DNA of 37,513 nt from Chrysochromulina tobinii (GCA_001275005.1 JWZX01002932.1:1-37513); one strand, 5' to 3'. Positions 10,892-21,526 are shown, numbered from the stretch's first letter. Program-made: numbers and translations. Notes: generated from the sequence alone by a model not told the origin.

Positions 10892-11719
10892 CTACTCACT
10901 CTGCGAGCGTACACATCTGCCGCCGAACATCATACTATTATACGGCCCGGAGCCGTCCACTGCGCGGCACTGCACGCAGAGGGTTCTCAGCTCTCTGTCT
11001 GCACCGGAGCAATTGTGAGCCGCGCACTTCCATATTAGGGATGTGCCCTCTCAACAAGCCCGCGCACGTTACGGAGTGCGCATACCAGGCGGGTGCCAGG
11101 CTGGGAGGCTGGTCGGCAAGCTGAATGATATCTGCCGGTTGCTCCGCGACGGCCTCCTCTCTGCATCGCAGTAGAGCTTGAAGGCGCTGATGCCAGTCTG
11201 TCCAGGCTGGCGTGCCAAGGCGCGAATGTCGTCGAGGACGTCGGCTGGCGCGTCGCGCTCGAGCGAGCTGCGTAGGCGCTCGCGAGCGGTCCAGGAGATC
11301 TCCGGCCCGTGGCTTGCATAGTAGCCGAGCAAGTGCGGTGTGTGTTCAGTCACGGTGAAGGATTCGTCCTCGTCGTCTCGTGACGCAGCGAGAAGATTCT
11401 GGATGGAGACGGAGTGCCGACCGGTGCTGTTCCTGTATAGCACCACGTCTGCCATTGCCCGCTGCTCCACAAGGCTGGCAGCGGTCGACTGCTGAGCTAT
11501 TCTCGCACCTGCCGAAAAGCCACCCATGCTTGGCGTGCGAGAAAGCGATACGGATGATGCGAGCCCTGCGCTCTGCGCGCGAGCCAAGGGCTGCTGCGAG
11601 CCGTTCAGCCTCATCACCGGCTCGTCGAAGACGTGGGCGTCATCGACGAGCATAGACCCTCGTTGGTGGAGCCGTTTCCCTTCACGGTTCGTGGGGTTTG
11701 AACACTCTCGAACCGCCAT
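10892..11719 (-). CDS. Hypothetical protein; probable intron 10999-11085
   Basis: Open frame from ATG 11719. A possible intron CCTG|GTATGC...GCTCAC...GTGCAG|ACAG extends the frame to TAG 10892-10894. No recognisable domain. Confidence 0.45.
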
Positions 11720-11769
11720 AATGGCGCTTTGAAGCGGCTTGGGCCCGCAGTTAGTTTCGTAGCTTCTGC

Positions 11770-13307
11770 ATGAAACTTTGACCATATTTGGGGTGACTTT
11801 CCTTTTTTTGATGGCGCCCTTCGCCGTCAGAGCCTATGGAGATGGTGATTCGACGCTGCTGAACCGCTATTTGCGATTTGACAAATTCGATGTCGACGCT
11901 GGTGCAGACTACGGCGTGCGCGACCTCGATTCACCGGGCAGGCTCGAGAGCAGCATGCCGTACACATTCGAGCCACCCACGCCATGCCTGACGGAGTGCT
12001 TTGCAGACCCGCACTGCCATGGCTTCGTCACATTTCATGGCCAATGTTACTTCCGCGGCGGGCCGACCCAGACCGCCGACCACCTGCTCAGCGCCAAAAG
12101 GCTTGCAGAGCAGAGCAAGCTCTACGTCCTAGTTGGCAAGCACAATGAGCTGCCATCACCGCCACCCTCACCCCTGCCGCCGCGGCCGCTGTCGCCTCCC
12201 ACCTCGCCTCGGCCACCGCCATCGCCTCAGCCACCGCCGTCGCCTCGGCCACCGCCATTGCCGCCGTCGTCGCTGCGATCGCTGGAGATCGACGAGCTCC
12301 TCGAGGGGATGAAATCGCACATGCGTGCTGTGCTGCTCGTGCTTCTCGGGATCATGCTCCTGCTCATCTCCTACACGTTCGCCCTCGAGGACGAGGCGAG
12401 GCAGACCTTGAAGCGACACGCCAAAAGCCTTCTCCTCGGCAACGAGGCGAGGCGGTCCTCCTTGAAGCATCATGTCGAACTTGATCGCTCCAAATACTTG
12501 AGCGCGCCGAGCCAAGAGTCAATTGAGGCTACGCTGACTCTCGACCATCCGAATAGCGAGCACTCCGAGTCCAAACACCAGCCGGAGGATGGAAAGCACC
12601 ACATGAGAGCGCGGTCCTCCGAGAATCGCTCAGAGACTCGGAGTGAGGCGGTGCCAGCCCCCGAGGAGGCGGCGCAGGGACGTATCGCGCCGCCGGCGAC
12701 GCCGCCGCCCGCGCCGCCGCCACCGCCGCTCCTGCCAGGCTGGCCCGTGCCTCCGGGATGGTCTGCGGCGCTGGACTCTGCGTCAGGGCAGACAATCTTC
12801 GTACACGCTCGTGCACGTAGTACGTCTGCCCCCTCTCATAAAGCCGTACTGATCACACCGGAGAATGTGCATGCACTGCCGCCGCCGCCGAGGGCTGACG
12901 GTGGCAACATCATTATGGGGTCTCCCTTGATCCAAAGGCTACCTGCCTCACCTGCCACCAGGCCTGACCAACTGCCGTCACAGGTTAAACAGTCTCCTCA
13001 GCCTCAACCACTGCTCTCGGACTTTGAGAGAAGCGTGTACCGTGTCGGCGGCGCCGAGGCGTTCGCCGATGAGGTCGCCAGCACGGCGCGGGAGTGGCAG
13101 GCAACGGGACGGTTGACACCCGCGGTCATCTCAGAGACGGGACGGGTGGCTGGCGACAACACCGCCTCTGAGAAGATCCCAGCGAGCCCCCTACCTGCCT
13201 GCGGCGCTTCAATCTCGACCGACAAACCCGAGGCTCCCGCTTCAGGCCCTTCCGATATTTCGTACGGCGTACTACCGCAAAACACTACAGTACTTGCGCT
13301 TTGTTGA
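11770..13307 (+). CDS. Single-pass membrane protein: signal peptide, PAN/apple-like Cys domain, Pro-rich stalk, TM helix, degenerate cytoplasmic WW-like motif (apparent 1-nt deletion near start)
   Basis: CLTECFADPHCHGFVTFHGQCYFRG (PAN-like), PPSP repeats, AVLLVLLGIMLLLISYTFAL (TM) and VPPGWSAALDSASGQTIFVH. Adding one T at 11777-11779 gives the signal peptide MKLLTIFGVTFLFLMAPFAVRA. Confidence 0.7.
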
Positions 13308-13877
13308 GGTTTGAAGGGTTGAGTTATTCCATTAAAGGTCTGAGTTGGTGCTGGTTGGATTTCGCGATCAATACGCGATCATTCCCCCGGCGCCCCGGGG
13401 GGGTGATCGTACCGAAGAGAACGTATGTACGTGTGTAATACGTGTGGAAAGCCCAAACCAGAGATCATGAGAAAGGGCCAAGGCTGCGAAGCAGCGTCTA
13501 AGCAGCGTCACCGTCTACTCTCACTCTCAGACTCCGCAACTCCGTCTCCTTACCGTCTCCCGCCTCGACCCATGGACTCTCCAAGAGGCAAGAGCGCAGA
13601 AGGTCGCGACGGTCGTGTGCAGAGGGCAACTACAAGGTGCACGAGGTAAGGTGGTAGGTGAAGGGTCCCCGCTTCAAATTCACGAGACACAACCGAACAA
13701 TTAAAAAAGAAAAACCGAACACAGCCCTCCAAATACGTCCCCCAAAGCGATGGTCAAAAGATGCACGGGGTACCGGTACGCACGGCGTGCTGAAAGACAA
13801 CAAAGTTTTATTCATAATGTTTCACCGAACAAACTCACAACACACGGTTGTCGCGTCTGTCGGGGGACCGCGAAGAA

Positions 13878-13925
13878 ACTGACTGACTGACGACACTGAC
13901 TGACTGACGACACTTATTACTGACT
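13878..13925 (+). repeat. Short tandem repeat (ACTG)n / ACTGACTGACTGACGAC x2
   Basis: ACTGACTGACTGACGACACTGACTGACTGACGACAC read directly. Confidence 0.8.
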
Positions 13926-14079
13926 GGCGTCTGTCGTGTTAACGTTCACGCACAGGGAACCACAACCGCGCACCTGGGATCTCTCGCCTGGCAAGTCGAC
14001 GCTGGGGGCATTGCCAGGCCCCAGCTCTGTGGGTGGGAAAAAGGAGGGAGCCGAACCTGTCGTGGACAAAAGGGGCCCT

Positions 14080-15636
14080 ATGTCATCGCTGAGGCGTCCC
14101 ACTCCGACCGAGGCGGCAGTGGTGCGCTGGCTGAGGGCGCTGCCACGACCCCCAGCGGAAGTGTACCTGCAGGAGGCACGCGTCGCGATTGAGGCGGCAG
14201 TCGAGCAAGTGCTCATCGACAGGCCGGCCGATCCTTTAACCGCCATCGCGGACCACCTTCGGGCTTATCGGCCACAGGCGTTGACTGAGCTGCGGGCTGA
14301 GATGCCCCACATGGAGCACAGTCCGAGCATCTCCTCTCGCATGCTGCTGCCGCCGCTGCTCTTGCACGACGGCAGCTCCATCAAGGGCAGCCTCATCGAG
14401 GGCACAATTCTGGCTCAGATTGTCAAAGCGGAGACGAAGGACGCTACACCATCTAAGGAGCCGGTTGTTGAGCCCGCTCGTGCCTCAGTTCAGGTAGCCG
14501 CGGCACAGGTCAAGGCGGAAGGGCGCGAACGCGTCGTATCGGCCGTCGATGCACAGGTCGAGGCTCATGGGCGCGAGCGCATCGCGGATTTGATCGCCCA
14601 ACATGCGGACGAGCTTGCGACGCTGCGCTCGCGGGTGTGCGAGGAGGAGCATTACGATGCGGCACGGCACGACGATCTTTTCCTCTTGCGCTTCGTGCTG
14701 AGCCACCTCCCGTGCAGTCTCCCACTGGGGAGCACAGGGAGGCAGGCAGGCAGGCAGGCGGCCGTCAAGGCTGTGAAGTCGACCATTGCGTGGCGAGCGC
14801 GACACGGCTTGGATGAGCCGGGCTTGCTGTGCGGCGGACCAGATGCTCTAGTGTTTGGACCTGTGGCCAAGTTTTACGCCTCGATGACGGTGCGCGACGC
14901 CGTCTCGTACTACGTGCCCGATGCGGATCGAGGTGCCGTTCTCGTCGCCGTGCCGGGGTTGCTCGACTTCCACCAGATGGTCGCCACCCTCAGTGAAGAA
15001 GAGCAGGTGATGGCATCATCTGATGACCCCATGCTGGCCCTTGAGTGCTCATGAGGGCATCGTATGACCCTTGATTGCAGGCCCAAGCGCATCGATTAGC
15101 CGTTGAGTGGCTCCATCGCCAGTGCGATGAGGTCACGCGGCGCACTGGCTACCTGACCAAGTATGTGCGCCTCATCGACCTGCACGGCATGTCGCTCCGC
15201 GGCATCAACCGCCGATTCCAGCGGCGTGACGCCGAGAATACGAAAGCAATCGAGGACTTCTATCCTCAGCTCCTCGGTGCTGTCTTCATCTGCCACGCGC
15301 CACGCTGGCTACAAGGGGTTTGGCGCGGCCTGCGCACTATGATGTCCGCGCGCGTGCTCGAAAAGGTGATCGCCGCGGATTGCCGCGGATTGCCGCGGAT
15401 TGCCACTGATCGCGCGGCCTCCTGGCTCACTCAAAAGATCACTGATTGCACTCCAGGTCGACTTCCTTGAGCCACGGACCAACGCTAAGGAGCGTCAGAA
15501 GCTGATGCGCTGGATCACGATCGAGAACTTGCCGCGCTGCTTCGGCGGCACCAGCGACACTTGGCCCCCGCCCAACACTCGATTCGCACCGGTGTCGTGT
15601 GGTGATGGTGTCGCGGAGGTCAGAACCCGTCTGTGA
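14080..15636 (+). CDS. CRAL-TRIO (Sec14-like) lipid-binding protein with N-terminal RIIa/Dpy-30-like motif; introns 15007-15080 and 15366-15456
   Basis: HDDLFLLRFVLSH...AVKSTIAWRARHGLD (CRAL-TRIO_N), LIDLHGMSL...EDFYPQLLGAVFICHAPRW...MMSARVLEKVDFL...ITIENLPRCFGGT, and N-terminal EAAVEQVLIDRPADPLTAIADHL. Both GT-AG introns are frame-consistent. Confidence 0.88.
15007..15080 (+). other. Spliceosomal intron (74 nt)
   Basis: GAGCAG|GTGATG...TTGATTGCAG|GCC, phase 0. Confidence 0.85.
15366..15456 (+). other. Spliceosomal intron with (GATTGCCGCG)n 10-bp minisatellite
   Basis: GAAAAG|GTGATC...CACTCCAG|GTCGAC, phase 0. Confidence 0.85.
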
Positions 15637-15689
15637 TCAGTGATCTGATCTACGTCTATCGAGCGGTACCGTTAAATCTGTTGAACGAA

Positions 15690-17328
15690 CTAGACTAAAT
15701 CTTTACAGTTGCTCCTGTTGCCGCCCTTGCTGATGCAAAACGCGTTCGTCGCCTTCCTCCACCACGCCGCCCTCGCCATGTTCGGTGACCTGCGTGGAGC
15801 CTGTAGGCGATCGAACGTAATGTGGCCTGAGTGGCTTGGCCGCCCCAGCTCAGCGCGAGTGCGCAAGCTGCGGAGCCCACTGCGGAGCACGGCTCCGAGT
15901 GGTCCGAGTACCCTGCCTCCACGCTCGTGCACCACCTCACCGATGAGGCGCCCAAAGTTGCCCCCACTCGGCGCGAAGAAGCGCGCTTCGGACATGAACG
16001 CGAAGTCGCAATCGACGCCAAGCTGTCCAGAGCCTGCCGGACTGATCCAGCGCACGTGAAGTGATGAGCCGCTGCGCGACTTCGCCGACTCGATCCAGCG
16101 GCGCAAGTGCGAGATGTACCTATATGGCGGCGGTGTGGCAATCAGCATGCAAACAGCATGCAATCAGCATGCAATCAGAGGCCATCAGAGTAGCGGGATG
16201 TACTTGAGACTGCGCCCCATCGCGCCATGCCCGAATCCAGTCTCGTTGTCATTGTTTGAGAACTTGCGCCCGTCGTCGAGCAGCGTATTGACCTTGGCCA
16301 CGATCACAAGGCCAGTGGCACCTTTGGGGAGCTCGTTGAGCAGCCCGTAGTAATAGCTCTCAGGTCGCACGTACCTGCCATATATCCGTTCCATAGATGG
16401 CCATTAGTCGCCATCTACAGTCGCAATCAGTCACAATCAGTGGTAATAGTTCTCGGGCCGTGCGTACCGGTCGCACACGGACGCGCTGCCGACCTCCTCG
16501 TGGATCGTCCATGGGGCCCCTGTCGCCTGGGCGCCCGCGCCACAACTCGTCGGCGCTCCGATTGCACACGCCGTTGCCGAAGACTTCGCCGAGGCGCACG
16601 TGCACTACGCACTCGTTTCGCGCGGGCTTCACGAACGGGCACGTATGCGGCCCTTGGAGCGCAGAGCTGCGCGGCACGGGCCGCATGCCCCGGTAGCGCA
16701 TCGCATCCGCCGATCGCGTCAGAGCTTTCATGTCGTACACTTTCTCGGCGAAGCGCGTGTAGTAGTCGCCAATTGAGCCCGGCCACTGCTTTCGCACATT
16801 CGCCGGATCGAGTCCAGCACAATGGAAAGCGTCGACACGCTCGCCGAAGCAGCCGATTATGTCCGCGAGCCGGTACTGCCCAATCATCCCGGTCGCGTTC
16901 AGCCACCACCGTGGGAAGTCGATCGCTGTGCGCGAGCACGCTTTGGGCTCCAACGCATGGAGTGGATCGGATGGCAACACCTTAATGACCAGTGCTCGAT
17001 CTTTGAGGATGCAATTCCCCTCCTCATCGATGCTGAACGAGAGGCAGTCTCGGCGGGCTGCACACGCGGCCCGGCAGCTCGAATAGGTGTAGGGGGCAAC
17101 GTAGTGCTGCAGTGGGCATGGCATACTGTTGATGCACCTTGCCTCAGGTGAGGTTATCGCCTCTGCCTGACACTCGAACTCGTCGAACTCGTCGGCAGGT
17201 GTGTGGCGAGTTGAACCGTTGATGGTGGAAGCCAAGGTGGAGGCGGCAAGGCCGATGAACAAGGCGAAGGCGGAGTAGCAGGCGGCGCGCGCGATGTTAC
17301 GTGGCAGCTTGACAAAGCCATCCTGCAT
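15690..17328 (-). CDS. Type II membrane protein with PAN/apple domain and fucosyltransferase-like (GT11/GT23-like) C-terminal domain; introns 16375-16467 and 16120-16203; apparent frameshift ~16513-16520
   Basis: N-terminal TM (YSAFALFIGLAAS), CRAACAARRDCLSFSIDEEGNCILKD (PAN), and VVHVRLGEV ... YVRPESYY ... DCDFAFMSEARFFAPSGGNFGRLI, which resemble HxRxGD / DF..MS / SxF motifs of GT-B fucosyltransferase-like proteins. Confidence 0.65.
16120..16203 (-). other. Intron with (CTGATTGCATG)n 11-bp minisatellite; 5' end resembles downstream exon start
   Basis: CTCAA|GTACATCCCGC...CCATATAG|GTACATCTCGC; 84 nt, removes an in-frame stop. Confidence 0.8.
16375..16467 (-). other. Intron whose first 28 nt are a diverged copy of the downstream exon start
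   Basis: Intron start GTACGCACGGCCCGAGAACTATTACCAC vs exon start GTACGTGCGACCTGAGAGCTATTACTAC (22/28). Contains CTGATTG repeats and ends TGGCAG. Confidence 0.75.
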
Positions 17329-17516
17329 TTTCTTCTCCCCGCGAGATTCTTGCTAAAAAAGGACATGAATTGAAACTGCCCCACGGAACCCTTCGCCACC
17401 AAAACGTCTAAAAACCTAGCCTTCTCTTGACTTGTCCTTGGCTCACTTGGCGACAGACTTGTGAGACCCGACCACATGGCGTGCAGAACCGTACAGTACA
17501 GTAAGTGCAACGTTCA

Positions 17517-18626
17517 ATGATTTTACCACCACGCCATTCGCAAGTGCTGCTCGCAATGGCCTCCGTGCTTCGCCGCCCGGCGCCGCTCGCATGTCAACCT
17601 CCGGTCGAGGAGGTGCTGCCTGGACAGATCACACTGGCAGAAAGTTCGGTAGGCCTTTATGAGGTATTGCGTTGTGTTCCTGAGGTAGCCAAAGGGCCTG
17701 CAACGCAGCGGGTCATCGTCCTCACGGGTAACCCGGGCCTCGCGGGCTTCTACGCCGATTTTGCCAGCGTGCTGTCTTCGGAGCTGCGTGCTGAGGTCGT
17801 GGTGCTCGGGCTTGCTGGCCACGTGTCGTGGTCTCTGCTAAGCGCCGCAGCCAGCCCATCGCAGCTTCGGCACCGCCCGCCGCACGGGCTCGACGACCAA
17901 GTCGCTCATTTAACTGAGGTTGTGGCGCCGCACTTGCAAGCGGCCGAGGAAGAGCGTCAGCCCGTGACGCTCATTGGCCACTCCATCGGTGCGTGGCTCG
18001 CGTTTCGTGTGTCCCAGCAGCTGGGATTGGCGCGCAATGGCGCATCGGCTGCGCCGCTCGTGCTGTTCCTGATGCCGTTCCTCGAAGAGAATATGAGCGA
18101 TCCGGCGTATGCCAGCAAGAGCCGCGCGCTCCGGCGCTTCCCGTTCGTCATTCCGCTCATCAGCCGCGTGGCGCCGCTCCTGCGGAGCGTCGTGCCGTCA
18201 CGCGTGCGTCGCTGGCTCCTGAGCTCACAAGTGGGGGGCATGGAGCGCGAGTACGTGCGCCTCGTCGAGGAGGGCATGCTGCATCGCGGCTGCATCGAGA
18301 ACTATCTTTTCCTGGCGAGGACAGAGATGTTCTCACACCAAGCGACGTTTGCGACGGAGGCGTTGCGTCCACTCGCAACAATAGGTAGGCTCGCCGCCCT
18401 GTACGTGAGTAGTGGGGACGAGTGGGCGCCGCTGGCCATGGAGCGCCGGCTGGCCACCGAGGCGGCGGTGCCCACGACTGTCGTGAGCCGCGACGAGGTG
18501 AGCCATGCCTTCTCGTGCAGATCACGCGAGACCAATGTGGTGGCGCAATGGGTCGTGGAGCGGGTCAACGAGGCATTTCCATTTGCCGACGCCGTTGCTC
18601 GGAGTCGGACGAGGAAGCTCCCTTAA
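17517..18626 (+). CDS. Lipid droplet-associated hydrolase-like alpha/beta hydrolase (LDAH/DUF2305)
   Basis: VIVLTGNPGLAGFYADF, LGLAGH, LDDQVAH, LIGHSIGAW (GxSxG nucleophile), DEWAP and SHAF. Confidence 0.85.
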   Translation: MILPPRHSQVLLAMASVLRRPAPLACQPPVEEVLPGQITLAESSVGLYEVLRCVPEVAKGPATQRVIVLTGNPGLAGFYADFASVLSSELRAEVVVLGLAGHVSWSLLSAAASPSQLRHRPPHGLDDQVAHLTEVVAPHLQAAEEERQPVTLIGHSIGAWLAFRVSQQLGLARNGASAAPLVLFLMPFLEENMSDPAYASKSRALRRFPFVIPLISRVAPLLRSVVPSRVRRWLLSSQVGGMEREYVRLVEEGMLHRGCIENYLFLARTEMFSHQATFATEALRPLATIGRLAALYVSSGDEWAPLAMERRLATEAAVPTTVVSRDEVSHAFSCRSRETNVVAQWVVERVNEAFPFADAVARSRTRKLP

Positions 18627-19019
18627 ATTTACTCTACTCCTGCATGTATATTCCTCTTTACTATACGGCTTAATGCTGCACGCACAACGACGCACACGGC
18701 GCGCGCGATCGCGCGGGCGGGCGCGTTGTGCACGAAAGACAATACCCGAATACGCGACAAGGACATTGCAAGCCAATGTACAGATGCACTTGCAGGTCGC
18801 AGCACGTATGGCACGGTATGGGTCGCAGCGTGCGCCCCCTTACGCTTTACACGTTGGTGCAACCAACGATCTCTTTCCACTTTCGATGTACGGCGATGTA
18901 TGCACATGGCAATGGTGCAGCACAGCGTTCTGCGCTTTGCCAGAGAATGTCTCTCGGCTGTAGTTGCAAGCCTTTCAGCCTACACAGCAACTCCGAGAGT
19001 TGGCGATCGACTCTCTGGG

Positions 19020-19709
19020 TCACACCCAGCGCGCCTCATTGGTCTGCTGGTTCAAGTAATAACGCCGGCCGGTCTGCGGATCCACCTGAATCACCCACAG
19101 ATCCTGCTGCTGAGTCGCTGGCTGCTGCTGCTGCGGCGGCGGCGGCTGCTGTGCCAGCTGCTGCTGCGCAGCCGCCGGGTACATTTGTGCCAGCCGGTAC
19201 TGCGCCATCTGCTCCTGTCGCTGACGCTCCGCCTGCTCTTGTGCGGATGATGGCGCTGACAACTGCTGCTGCGCCTGCTGCTGTGCTAGGTGCTGCTGCC
19301 GCACCGCATGGTACTGTTGCGCCAATTGGTATTGCAGCAATTGCTCCTGCCGCTGCTGCTCTAGAGTCGATCCTGGCGCTAGCTGCGGAAGCTGATGCTG
19401 CTGCACGAGATGCTGCTGCGCATGGTATTGCTGCGCCAGTTGGTACTGCAACATTTGCTGCTGCCACTGTTGCATGAGTTCCTGCTGCAGCTGCGCGCGA
19501 TACTGCATCTCAAGCTGCTGCTGGCGAAGTTGCTGCTGCTGCTGCTGCGCCACTTCGGCAGAGGGCAGCTTTACGTGCATCGTACCGTCTGGTGGGGGCG
19601 GAGTAGGTGACATGACCGTGTACGTCTGCCCCTGGTAGTCGAACGTAAATGGTTCACCTGGCGCGACGGTGCTGGGGATGGTCACTCTGACCATCGTCGA
19701 GTTCTCCAT
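19020..19709 (-). CDS. Glutamine-rich protein with C-terminal WW domain
   Basis: PolyQ tracts with repeated QYQLAQQYHA, and C-terminal WVIQVDPQTGRRYYLNQQTNEARW. Confidence 0.8.
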   Translation of the reverse strand: MENSTMVRVTIPSTVAPGEPFTFDYQGQTYTVMSPTPPPPDGTMHVKLPSAEVAQQQQQQLRQQQLEMQYRAQLQQELMQQWQQQMLQYQLAQQYHAQQHLVQQHQLPQLAPGSTLEQQRQEQLLQYQLAQQYHAVRQQHLAQQQAQQQLSAPSSAQEQAERQRQEQMAQYRLAQMYPAAAQQQLAQQPPPPQQQQPATQQQDLWVIQVDPQTGRRYYLNQQTNEARWV

Positions 19710-20158
19710 CTGATGGTCCAATCTCAACTGCAAGGACGTGCACAGCAATTTTGCAAAGGACGGGGATACGAGCGATCAGTAGGGAACTAGGGATTCAGGA
19801 GGCAAATGGCGGCCCGAAGCGCCCCCCCGTCATCGAGAGGAGGCGCACAATTAGTATGGATGCGCTTTTCGGCCGCGCGCGAGTGTGCGCCGTCCCCACG
19901 AAGCACGCGGGCGCGCAAACGCACGGGGCGGAGTGATGCTTGCGGTGCAGTGGTCAATTCTGGGGTCGCTCAATCGGGGCAATCATAAATCACATTCACG
20001 GTACTTTCTAAATTATCTCCGTAAATCTCCGCGATGCCCATGTGCAGACCTGCAACTGTGGCAGAACTCCAGGTCCGGTGTTCTTGTCGTCGAACCTTCG
20101 CGGAGCTCATCTCCTTTTCAAGCGCACTGGTCTGTGACCGTGGAGACCACGCGGGAAA

Positions 20159-21208
20159 ATGCTGCAAACGCCGAGCGATTTCGCAACGGGAAGCGCGGAG
20201 TCGTCAGATACCAATTCAGCCATGTCGTCGGACCCCAAGCTCACTGTCCCCTCGCTTTCTCCTACCGGCTCGGCGGAATCGGTGAAGACGGAGGTACCCG
20301 AGGTAGAGGACGCGCCAGAGTCCGATAGCAAGCGCGCCCGTGTGGAGGGCCTGCCGCTTGGCGACCTCGGCTTGGCGATCGGCGCCACGGTCGAAGTGGC
20401 GTGGGTCATAGAGCGCGAGAACATGCCCTCGGAGCGTGTGTGGTGGACGGCGCGCATCGAGACTGACGATAACGCCTCGGTCACCGAGGCGGGCGCTGCC
20501 CGCCTCATCTACGCGGCACAGCACGGCTTCGAAGAGGAGAGCCGCCGCGTCACCTTCTTGGCCGAGTCGTTCCTCTTCGACGCGCAGGACAGGGAGCGGC
20601 TACCATACCGTAAGGAAGGCGAGGAGGGCCCGGCACTCGACGACGACGACGAGGGCGAGGAGGGTGACGAGGCCGACGCCGAGCAGCTGTACGATCACTC
20701 AGTCGCCGAGGCGGACGTGGCGGCGGCGGCGGCGGGTGGCCCGCTGCTCGTGGGCATGAAAGTGAAGTCGCGCTTCCAGGGCGGCGAGCGCTTCTGCGCG
20801 GGTAGCATCGTCGAGGCGCACGACGACGGCACGTACGATGTACTCTACGAGGACAACGTGTGCGAGCAGAATGTGCCGCGCGAATACATCGAGGTGGTGG
20901 CGCTCGCTGCGAACGTGCGTGCGGCACTGCAAGCGGAGGAGCAGGAGACGGCCGCCGAGTCCACCGAGCAGTTCTTCGAGCTCTTCGTCTCGTCACTCAC
21001 CTCCGGAGCCATGTTCCAAAATCTGCCGCCCGACAAGCAGCGCCAGGCCTCTGAGCACGTGCGCACGATGCGGCCGCACTTTGAGGCGGAGCTCGGCGTG
21101 CTGCGCGATGCCCGTGGCTGGGGCGCGATCGTCACGGGCGAGGACATCAAGGAGCTCATGCCCAAGGTGATGCTCCGTGCCAAGCAGTTTCAGCAGGCCT
21201 CCTCGTGA
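20159..21208 (+). CDS. Tudor/SH3-like beta-barrel domain protein (probably two barrels)
   Basis: LLVGMKVKSRFQGGERFCAGSIVEAHDDGTYDVLYEDN..EQNVPREYI (Tudor-like) and IGATVEVAW...VWWTARI. Strong GC3 codon bias. The start could be 20222. Confidence 0.75.
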   Translation: MLQTPSDFATGSAESSDTNSAMSSDPKLTVPSLSPTGSAESVKTEVPEVEDAPESDSKRARVEGLPLGDLGLAIGATVEVAWVIERENMPSERVWWTARIETDDNASVTEAGAARLIYAAQHGFEEESRRVTFLAESFLFDAQDRERLPYRKEGEEGPALDDDDEGEEGDEADAEQLYDHSVAEADVAAAAAGGPLLVGMKVKSRFQGGERFCAGSIVEAHDDGTYDVLYEDNVCEQNVPREYIEVVALAANVRAALQAEEQETAAESTEQFFELFVSSLTSGAMFQNLPPDKQRQASEHVRTMRPHFEAELGVLRDARGWGAIVTGEDIKELMPKVMLRAKQFQQASS

Positions 21209-21526
21209 CCCGCGGGGCGGCGAGTGTGGAGCGAGCGGCCCCCGGGTTCTCTCGCCCCTCGGTAATCGCCGCGCTGACCATGGTAGACTCCGGCAAGCTT
21301 TTGAAAGAACCGCTCTTCACACCTCGGAGCTGCGAGAGAAAACGTTCACACCAGGATCCTGCGTGGTCCCCTCGAAGCCGGCGCTTGACTTTGCCACCCT
21401 CACGAGCGAAAGATTCGCTCAGTGCGACTCACGACATCTTCAGCACCACAACGGGCAAAAACGCGGCACCTCAGCTCTCCGCGCGTAAAAGTGTCAGCGG
21501 CGGTGATCGCCTTTCCATGGATCCGA

